A DNA stretch of 53,941 nt, taken from Pseudobdellovibrionaceae bacterium (GTDB lineage Bacteria; Bdellovibrionota; Bdellovibrionia; Bdellovibrionales; Bdellovibrionaceae). Each line of letters opens with the position of its first letter. Position 1 is the first letter of the stretch. The notes below the pieces were generated by a model. It had not been told where the DNA came from. It did no database searches and saw only the letters and a list, made by a program, of their open reading frames with translations. The stretch is taken from assembly GCA_041288045.1 (NCBI GenBank), contig JBGGMM010000068.1:1-53941 (forward strand), written 5' to 3'. The position numbers were made by a program, and so were the translations under genes. Shown here piece by piece: positions 47,063-53,941 of this stretch.

Positions 47063-47503
47063 ATGAAAAGTCCTGATCCCACGCCCGTGGTGGCCGGCAT
47101 CTTCTACCGATGGAACCCAGTGCTCAAAGAGCCCGAAGTGTTGCTTTTTCAGCGCGCCTTTGAGGATGTGGGCGGCGGTCATTGGGAATTTCCCGGGGGA
47201 AAAGTCGAGGCCGGTGAATCTGACAGCCAAGCTTTGATCCGCGAACTGGATGAAGAGATCTCGATTCAGGTCAAAGTGCAGGAGATGCTGGGAACTTCTC
47301 TGTTTCAAGCGCCCACTGGAAAACATTTTGAGCTTCGGGTTTACTTTGTCGAGGGGCCGATTGAGAAAATCGTGCTGCTTGAGCACGAGGCGATGAAATG
47401 GGTGAGAGCATCGACTTTCGTCCTGGATGAAATTGCCGACGGCGATCGTCCCTTGATGGAACTCTGTTTTGAGAAACTTGTGCAAGTTTACGTCTCAAAC
47501 TGA
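47063..47503 (+). CDS. NUDIX hydrolase (MutT-like)
   Basis: WEFPGGKVEAGESDSQALIRELDEEI Nudix box. Confidence 0.92.
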   Translation: MKSPDPTPVVAGIFYRWNPVLKEPEVLLFQRAFEDVGGGHWEFPGGKVEAGESDSQALIRELDEEISIQVKVQEMLGTSLFQAPTGKHFELRVYFVEGPIEKIVLLEHEAMKWVRASTFVLDEIADGDRPLMELCFEKLVQVYVSN

Positions 47504-47555
47504 AACTTCCTGCATTTTACTTTCAAGCTCTTCGGCTCCCTGAGACAATAAAAGG

Positions 47556-48176
47556 ATGCGCGTCTATGTGTTTCCACTGGGGAACGTGGTTTTCTATCCC
47601 AGTATATCAAAGCCCTTGAATGTCTTTGAGCCTCGCTATGTGCAGATGGTTCGGGATTCCATTGCTCAGGGAGTGCCTATTGCTCTGGCCTATGTCGATG
47701 ATCCCGATCAGGAGTATGTGTACCAATATGGTTCACCACTTTCCTTCGTGCGTCCGATTGCTGGTTACGGGCATCCTCTGATTTTAGAGGAAAGGCCGGA
47801 TGGTTCCCTCTTGGTTTTTTTGCAGGGCCGGGGGAAAGTCCGCTTGGGGACCGCCGTGGATTTAAAAACTCCCTACATTGCCTGTGAAGCTGAGCCGATC
47901 GTTGAAAATCACCTCATGCAAAACAGCAACGATGTGGTGCAAGAATTCACAACCATCAATAAAGTTTTGGTCAAATGGTTGGAAACTCATATTCCAGAAC
48001 CCAACAATCGCGATCAATTCCTCAGAAACATCCGCTCCGCCGAAGAAGTGATTGGCTGCTTTGCCTCTTACCTGGTCGCCGATCACGATATGCAACAGCT
48101 CCTCCTCGAGAGTGACGATATCAACGAAAAGATTCATCTCGTCAGTGGACTGATTGCCAGCGGCGAGATCGTTTGA
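47556..48176 (+). CDS. Stand-alone LON peptidase substrate-binding (LON_N) domain protein
   Basis: VFPLGNVVFYP…PLNVFEPRYVQMV…PDG…G.G…PY…Q.LLE. Confidence 0.85.
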   Translation: MRVYVFPLGNVVFYPSISKPLNVFEPRYVQMVRDSIAQGVPIALAYVDDPDQEYVYQYGSPLSFVRPIAGYGHPLILEERPDGSLLVFLQGRGKVRLGTAVDLKTPYIACEAEPIVENHLMQNSNDVVQEFTTINKVLVKWLETHIPEPNNRDQFLRNIRSAEEVIGCFASYLVADHDMQQLLLESDDINEKIHLVSGLIASGEIV

Positions 48177-48219
48177 TCCGTCCCTATCTTCATGTTTTTT
48201 CATGATGCAAGGTTGATAT

Positions 48220-48293
48220 CACTTTATCGTCTGACTATAGGCAGACGGAAATCAGAGTGCTCTGATGAGTGTGAACTTATATGTTCACACTCA
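48220..48293. repeat. Cluster of three hairpins between convergent genes; first related to the 11516 repeat
   Basis: CGTCTG-N8-CAGACG, ATCAGAG-tg-CTCTGAT, TGAGTGTGAAC-ttatat-GTTCACACTCA. Confidence 0.7.
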
Positions 48294-48314
48294 AGTGAGG
48301 CTTTGAAGAAGATT

Positions 48315-49277
48315 TCAGCGGCGTTCAGAAAACGATGCGGCATTTTCCGCTCTGAGCAAAACTTCGCGGATCCAAAGCACAAGAAAAATCCACACACCAT
48401 GAGCGAGCGCCAGATGGCTGAGCTTCATCCATGTGGGTGAGAGCAAAACCAATGTGCCGATCCCGAAGGCAACTCCGAGACCAGTGACAAGCGCCAATCG
48501 CTTTCCTCGGCGGGCAAGTTCCAGCTCTTCTGGTTTTTGCAATTGAATGGAAAGCCAGGCGGTCAGAGCGATGCTGCCACCGAAGAGAATTCCAAATAAA
48601 GGATGCAGTCCTCGCCAGCGGATCAAATAGTGGGATTCCGTATTCCAGTCCGCTTGAAAACCCTCGAGCAGGGAAGTGGATGGAAACAGGGTGCTCGCCA
48701 GGGCTGCGATGGCACCAGAAATTCCGATCAAGAAAAAAGAAAGCAGCAAGCCTGAAACAATTCGCTTTGGTTTCAGGCCTTCGAATGTCCAAGGTGATGA
48801 AGTGCGGGCGATCCATGATCGAGCTCCGGCAAAATCTCCAGTAAGAGTGACGCTTCCAGTGAGAAGCAAAGAATTAACCAGATGAAGTCCCATGATCAAA
48901 GCCCGATAAGGAGTGTCGTTGGTGCCGACCAGTTTAAACAAAACGAGCTTGGCTCCCAAAAGAGCTTCAGTGACAGTGAAAAGCAGACTGAGGCCCGCCC
49001 AGAAGCGAGCTTTGTGGCCTTTCGGAAACAGCTTTCGAGCCCAGAAAAAAAATCCCAGAACTAGAAATCCGTAGAGGCCTGACATCACTCGGTGAGAGAG
49101 CTCCACCCAGGTTTTTCCCTGCTGAGCATCGGGAATGATTTTGCCCTGACAAAGTGGCCAGGTGTCTCCGCAACCATCACCTGAATGGGAGATTCGCACC
49201 CAGGCTCCCCACAGAATCACCAAAAGAGTGTAAATCACCAAAGCCCGGGTCCATTTTTGAAAACGACTCATCGACAT
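48315..49277 (-). CDS. COX15/CtaA heme A synthase-like membrane protein
   Basis: GAWVR..SGDGC..WPLC.G, ELSHR, EALLG, conserved His residues in TMs. Confidence 0.85.
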   Translation of the reverse strand: MSMSRFQKWTRALVIYTLLVILWGAWVRISHSGDGCGDTWPLCQGKIIPDAQQGKTWVELSHRVMSGLYGFLVLGFFFWARKLFPKGHKARFWAGLSLLFTVTEALLGAKLVLFKLVGTNDTPYRALIMGLHLVNSLLLTGSVTLTGDFAGARSWIARTSSPWTFEGLKPKRIVSGLLLSFFLIGISGAIAALASTLFPSTSLLEGFQADWNTESHYLIRWRGLHPLFGILFGGSIALTAWLSIQLQKPEELELARRGKRLALVTGLGVAFGIGTLVLLSPTWMKLSHLALAHGVWIFLVLWIREVLLRAENAASFSERR

Positions 49278-49334
49278 AGGCTTCCTTCTGTATCATGGGT
49301 TGCTCCTGAACTCAAAGAGTGGCAATCTAAGCCC

Positions 49335-50267
49335 ATGTCTCAAGATAGCGCGCATCATCACTCTCAGGGTCATGGGCACCACCACCATCATCACCATCAC
49401 CACCATGCGGCGAGTGGTCGCATGGGGACTGCCTTTGCACTCAATTTGATTTTTGCATTGATTGAGATTGCTGGTGGGCTGATGACCAACAGTCTTGCCA
49501 TTCTTTCCGACGCTTTCCACGATCTTGGCGATTGTGCCGCCATTGGGATTGCTTGGTTTCTAGAAAGAAAATCCCTCAAAAAAAGCAGTCAGCATTTTTC
49601 TTATGGGTTTCGTCGCCTGTCTTTGATGGCGGCGATGATCACTGGACTGATTTTATTTATTGGCTCTAGCCTGATCATGGTGAAAGCCATTCCGCGCTTG
49701 TTCGCGCCACAAGAGCCACATGTGGATGGGATGATTGCGCTGGCTTGTCTGGGACTTGCGGTGAATGGCTTTGCTGCTTTTCGCATGTCCAAAGGGCAGT
49801 CTTTGAATGAGCGCATGATCCTCTTGCATCTCATGGAGGATGTCCTGGGCTGGGCGGTGATCTTGGTGGGTTCACTGATCATGTTGGTTTATCCGATGCC
49901 AATTTTGGATCCCATCATGGCCATTGGGGTTGCGCTTTGGGTGCTTTGGAATGCCTTTCACAATCTCAAAGAAACGACTAAAGTCTTTTTGCAGGCGGCC
50001 CCCAGCCAATTTGAAATTGCAACAGTTGAAAATTCCCTTAAAGCTTTGCCATTGGTGCAGGGAGTTCACCACACTCATATCTGGTCGATCGATGGCGAAC
50101 ACCATATCCTCACAGCTCACATCACAGTTCAGATTGGTGCCAGCATCGAAGCGGCTCATGATTTGAAAACAAAAATCAAAGAGCATCTGTTTGAGAAATT
50201 TCACATTCAAGAAGCGACTTTAGAAATCGAGTGGCCCAATCAGAAATGTGTGGACCCCACGCACTAA
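49335..50267 (+). CDS. Cation diffusion facilitator (CzcD/ZitB-like) with His-rich N-terminus
   Basis: SLAILSDAFHDLGD, FSYGFRR, LHLMEDVLGW, VHHTHIWS, poly-His leader. Confidence 0.93.
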   Translation: MSQDSAHHHSQGHGHHHHHHHHHHAASGRMGTAFALNLIFALIEIAGGLMTNSLAILSDAFHDLGDCAAIGIAWFLERKSLKKSSQHFSYGFRRLSLMAAMITGLILFIGSSLIMVKAIPRLFAPQEPHVDGMIALACLGLAVNGFAAFRMSKGQSLNERMILLHLMEDVLGWAVILVGSLIMLVYPMPILDPIMAIGVALWVLWNAFHNLKETTKVFLQAAPSQFEIATVENSLKALPLVQGVHHTHIWSIDGEHHILTAHITVQIGASIEAAHDLKTKIKEHLFEKFHIQEATLEIEWPNQKCVDPTH

Positions 50268-51073
50268 TCGCAAATCGCTTTGTGCAAAAGTCGAAGCTTG
50301 GCGAAATCTCCCCGGCGCAAATGGATCCAGCCCAATCGTCCCCAGCTTTTCGAGAGATGAAAATAAACCGGCCAATTTTTTTTCGCATATTTCAGAGAGA
50401 TGCGTTTGCGATTTCTTTGAAAGAGGTAAGTGGTGTAATGCGAATTTTTGTGGGTGGTCTTTCCCACGGCATGTAAAATCTGAGTCTTAGAATCTGTTTG
50501 CAGGGGATAGCCAGCCTGTGCCACTCGCAATGAAAAATCCACGTCCTCCCAGAACATTTCAAGGCTTTCATCAAAGCCACCCACGGAATTGAAAATATCC
50601 CGATGAAGCCAAAAGGCAGTTCCTGGAACATAAGAATTTTCGGCTTTTGAAAATTCCTCTTCTGATTTGCAATGCGAAAGGTGAGCTCGGTGAATTTCAA
50701 AAGATCCACCAAGAGAATCCACCCGGCCGATTTTTCGAGCCCAGATCAGAGGTGCGATCAAGCCCGGTGTGGGGGGTGTTTGCCATTCCAGCAATTGGCA
50801 GTCATTAGTGAGAAAGAGCACCCACTCTGAATTTTGAAAGGCCTGTTTCAGGCCTGCATTGGCTCCGCCCGGATAGCCGCGATTGTTTTCAATTTGCAAA
50901 TGCTCAATTTTTGGGAAACTTTCCTGCAATCGGGTTTGATGTTGCACAAGACTTCCGTTATGAACTAGCAAAATCTCTGGATCTGAAAAATGCAGTTGCA
51001 CGCTTTTCAGAGTGCGCTCGGTCAGCTCCGGATGATTGTAGCTAAGGACAACAACTTTTACATGATGACGCAA
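50264..51073 (-). CDS. Glycosyltransferase family 2
   Basis: VVVLSYN, LVHNGS, NRGYPGGAN.G, GGFDE…FWEDVDFSLR. Start uncertain (TTG 51073 assumed). Confidence 0.85.
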   Translation of the reverse strand: MRHHVKVVVLSYNHPELTERTLKSVQLHFSDPEILLVHNGSLVQHQTRLQESFPKIEHLQIENNRGYPGGANAGLKQAFQNSEWVLFLTNDCQLLEWQTPPTPGLIAPLIWARKIGRVDSLGGSFEIHRAHLSHCKSEEEFSKAENSYVPGTAFWLHRDIFNSVGGFDESLEMFWEDVDFSLRVAQAGYPLQTDSKTQILHAVGKTTHKNSHYTTYLFQRNRKRISLKYAKKNWPVYFHLSKSWGRLGWIHLRRGDFAKLRLLHKAICD

Positions 51074-51694
51074 AAACCTCTCCTTTTGATTCCAGCTGCT
51101 GGCTTTGGTCGACGGGTGGGTCAGCCTCCCGCCAAAGAGCTCCTGCCGGATCCATCTGGACGTCCTCTCATAGAGAGAGCTTTGAAGCAAGCCCAAGCCC
51201 GCGGCTGGCCCGTGCATGTGATCACGCGCGATGAAAAAATGGGTCTGATTCAATTTCTGCGGGATTTTTCAGGAGTTGAAATCCAGGTTCAAGTGATCGA
51301 GCCCAGTCGCGAGTGGCCGGAAACTGTTTTGAAATCTCGGAAATATTGGCGTGAGAGGAATATTCTCTGCCTTCCTGACACTGTTTTTTCGCCTGAAGGT
51401 GTTTTGGATTCTTTGGCGAGTTCAAAGTTTCCACTGGCTGTGGCGGCTTTCGAGACTTCGGAATATTCCACATGGGGAGTGATGAAAACAAAAAATTCTG
51501 GAATTGAAATCTGCGAAAAACCCATCGAGGCTCGGTCAGGTATGCGGGCTTGGGGGTTGATTTCGTTTGAGCCTTTTGCTGGTGAGAAATTATTCGAAGC
51601 TCAGCTTGAGAGCACTTTTGATCATCAATGGAAAGAACTTCCTATTGGTGCCGAATTTTTCTCTCTGGAAACTTTTTCCGATTTGACTCGTTAA
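51062..51694 (+). CDS. Nucleotidyltransferase-family (NTP_transf-like) protein
   Basis: LLIPAAGFGRRVG..PAKELL, LPDT, WGV, ICEKP, AWGL. Confidence 0.8.
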   Translation: MMTQKPLLLIPAAGFGRRVGQPPAKELLPDPSGRPLIERALKQAQARGWPVHVITRDEKMGLIQFLRDFSGVEIQVQVIEPSREWPETVLKSRKYWRERNILCLPDTVFSPEGVLDSLASSKFPLAVAAFETSEYSTWGVMKTKNSGIEICEKPIEARSGMRAWGLISFEPFAGEKLFEAQLESTFDHQWKELPIGAEFFSLETFSDLTR

Positions 51695-53058
51695 ATTTTT
51701 ACATTTTCTAGGTATTTCAAAATCAACTCACGCCCACGAATCTGGGCATTGAGCACCGAGAGAAAAACAAAAACTCCGCCTGTCTTTCGATCCAAAAACA
51801 CAAGCTCTCGCGGCGGAGTGCGCAGTGGAAAGCCTTTGATCATCATCAGTACTTTCTGAGTCAAGCGCTTCGGAAGGTCGGATTTTTTCCAATCATAAAC
51901 GCCATTGGCATCCATATTGCGAGCGGCTGGATCTTGGGGATCCAAAAATGGCTCAACAGTCATCAAGCAGAAATCTTCGAAAAGTTTCTTGAGTTCTGGA
52001 GAGTCGGATTCATCAATGAATTTTAAATCCAAGGAAGCTCTTTCGAGAGCTTTTTTGTCGCGCAAAAGAGAAGCTTTGATCATTCGGTAGTAAGCACTGA
52101 GAAAATCGGGATCGTATTTTCTGACAGCGCCAAAATCGAGCAACACCAGTTGATCCTGGCCTTCCGGGTGCAAACGAATTTTGTAATTTCCCAAATGTGG
52201 ATCGGTTTGCACGAAACCCCATTGAAAAAGTTCTTTGAAATAAAGCTCCAAGAAAAAAAGAGCCAGGCGATTTTTGCGCTCAAAGCTCAATGTTTGAATC
52301 AGCGGATCGTCGGGAGAAAGGCCTTTTTCAAAGGAAGTGGCTATCACTTTCTCTGTGCAATACTGAGGAACCACTTGCGGGACGATGTATCGATCATCGC
52401 CCTGAAGTCTTTCTCGGTACTGCTGAGTGTGCTCGGCTTCCAGGGGGTAATTCATCTCTTGCTCCAGCATCGAGCGGACTTCTGAAAACAGAGTGTCTGT
52501 TTGCAATTCGCCCGGAAGAAGATTCATCAGACCCATCACCGAGCGAATGCCTTTGAGATCGCTTTCAATGGCTTGGTCGACTCCGGGATATTGGACTTTC
52601 AAGGCAATCCAATCGCCTGTGGATTTGATTTTCGCTCGGTGGACTTGACCCAAAGAAGCTGAGCCGATCGGGTTGGGGTCGATTTCCAGCGCTGCCAACT
52701 TTTCTTCACCCAGTTGAGCTTTCAGGATTTTTTCAATTTCAGAATACTTGAGCGGCGGAGATTGCGACTGCAGAGTTTTTAAGAATTCATTGGCTTCAGG
52801 CGGGAGAAAGAGCTCGCCATACATGGACAGCATTTGGCCAGCTTTCATCAAGCTGCCTTTCAGCTCACCCAGCTCTTTGGAAAGCTTCATGGCTTGGGTG
52901 GCCAGAAGTTTCTGCCATTTCTGCTCCTTGCTTTCGGCATCTGAAAACAAAGTGCTTAAGCCGTGGCCCATCACTTTTGAACTTGTGTCAATTGTCAGTT
53001 TTGTTAGGCTGAGAGAACGGCGAAAAATGGAAGACTTGATTTTTTCGAGCTGTTTCAT
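51691..53058 (-). CDS. ABC1/AarF/UbiB-family atypical kinase
   Basis: LKGSLMKAGQMLS, PIGSASLGQVHRA, ALKVQYPG, QTDPHLGN, LLDFGA. Confidence 0.93.
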   Translation of the reverse strand: MKQLEKIKSSIFRRSLSLTKLTIDTSSKVMGHGLSTLFSDAESKEQKWQKLLATQAMKLSKELGELKGSLMKAGQMLSMYGELFLPPEANEFLKTLQSQSPPLKYSEIEKILKAQLGEEKLAALEIDPNPIGSASLGQVHRAKIKSTGDWIALKVQYPGVDQAIESDLKGIRSVMGLMNLLPGELQTDTLFSEVRSMLEQEMNYPLEAEHTQQYRERLQGDDRYIVPQVVPQYCTEKVIATSFEKGLSPDDPLIQTLSFERKNRLALFFLELYFKELFQWGFVQTDPHLGNYKIRLHPEGQDQLVLLDFGAVRKYDPDFLSAYYRMIKASLLRDKKALERASLDLKFIDESDSPELKKLFEDFCLMTVEPFLDPQDPAARNMDANGVYDWKKSDLPKRLTQKVLMMIKGFPLRTPPRELVFLDRKTGGVFVFLSVLNAQIRGRELILKYLENVKI

Positions 53059-53093
53059 ATTGTGTCCCCAGAGCTTACTAGAGAGGATCCACC

Positions 53094-53941
53094 ATGTCAC
53101 TGTCCGTCTTTTGGTTCCGCCGTGACTTGCGGATTGAGGACAATGCCGGGCTTTATTCTGCGCTCAAAGAGCAGGGCGAAAACGTCCGACCGATTTTCAT
53201 TTTCGATACGGAGATTCTGAGTCAAGTCAAAGATCATAAAGATGCTCGCGTGGCTTTTATCCATCAAACTGTAGCAGATTTAAAAGCACAGTTTCAAAAA
53301 TTCAATAGCGATCTTTGGGTGTTTCATGGCAAGCCTCAAAAAATCTTTGGCGAGCTATTTGAAAAACACAGAATCAAAGCTGTGTATTGCAATCATGACT
53401 ATGAACCTCAAGCCATCAAGCGAGATGAGCAAATTGCTAAGCTTTGCAAAAGCTCTGAGGCTGAATTCAAAACTTTCAAAGATCAGGTTATTTTTGAAAA
53501 GGATGAAATTCTCTCACGTCAACAAACGCCTTATACGGTCTATACACCTTATAAAAAGAAATGGCTCGCCTCTCTCAGCTCTTTTTATCTTAAACCATAC
53601 CCGACCGAAAAATATTTGAAGGCTTTGCATAAGACACAATCGCCCAAAAAACTTTTATCACTGAAAGAGCTGGGTTTTGAAAAACCACATGAGATTCAAA
53701 TTCCAAAAGCCGAGCTGAAAAAAGATTTGTTTCGAAAGTACACGGAGCAAAGAGACTTTCCAGCTCTCGATGCCACCAGCCACTTAGGGATTCACCTTCG
53801 ATTTGGAACCATGAGCATTCGAAAGCTTGTTCAAGAAGCCAGAACTCTGAATGCCACTTGGCTCTCAGAACTGATCTGGCGAGAATTTTTTATGCAGATT
53901 CTTTTTCATTTCCCGCATGTGGAAAAAGCTTCTTTTCGACC
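53094..53941 (+). CDS. phrB: Deoxyribodipyrimidine photolyase/cryptochrome family, partial
   Basis: Manual translation MSLSVFWFRRDLRIEDNAGL…NHDYEP..IKRD…PYTVYTPY…RDFPA..ATSHLGIHLRFGTMSIR…WLSELIWREFF; open to window end. GAGG SD. Confidence 0.93.
   Translation, partial: MSLSVFWFRRDLRIEDNAGLYSALKEQGENVRPIFIFDTEILSQVKDHKDARVAFIHQTVADLKAQFQKFNSDLWVFHGKPQKIFGELFEKHRIKAVYCNHDYEPQAIKRDEQIAKLCKSSEAEFKTFKDQVIFEKDEILSRQQTPYTVYTPYKKKWLASLSSFYLKPYPTEKYLKALHKTQSPKKLLSLKELGFEKPHEIQIPKAELKKDLFRKYTEQRDFPALDATSHLGIHLRFGTMSIRKLVQEARTLNATWLSELIWREFFMQILFHFPHVEKASFR

Noticed and set aside
49356..49406. CAC/CAT microsatellite as a phase-variation tract
   Set aside because: It encodes the His-rich metal-binding leader typical of CDF transporters, and triplet slippage would not shift the frame.

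Overview
Bacterial chromosomal window, most likely from a Bdellovibrionota (Bdellovibrio-like predator). That assignment is inferred from the FQNC-type lipoproteins, the density of secreted hypothetical proteins and the gene content. The left ~33.7 kb is mostly accessory and rich in exported proteins: two signal-peptide-bearing atypical kinase-fold proteins, OM beta-barrels, a GH16+2xCBM96-like glycanase, a Cys-repeat mini-protein, subtilisin, trypsin and a cluster of FQNC/YNNC adhesin-like lipoproteins. It also contains tRNA-Cys, argS, a radical SAM protein and a hybrid histidine kinase. Two loci stand out. (1) A translationally coupled operon next to tRNA-Leu encodes two paralogous secreted proteins, each with an ADP-ribosyltransferase-like N-domain and a C-terminal Fic domain. 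One Fic motif is intact and the other is specifically inactivated. (2) A non-flagellar MotB-like/MotA-like/FHA-coiled-coil operon has inverted B-A order and a very long periplasmic coiled coil. The right ~20 kb is housekeeping: queA-tgt-yajC-secD-secF-recJ-(basic ORF)-queC-DUF366-degenerate HD-GYP, transporters, NUDIX, LON-N, CtaA-like, CDF, GT2, NTP-transferase, ABC1 kinase and a partial photolyase. No CRISPR, rRNA, integrase or transposase was seen. All family calls come from motif reading, not database searches.
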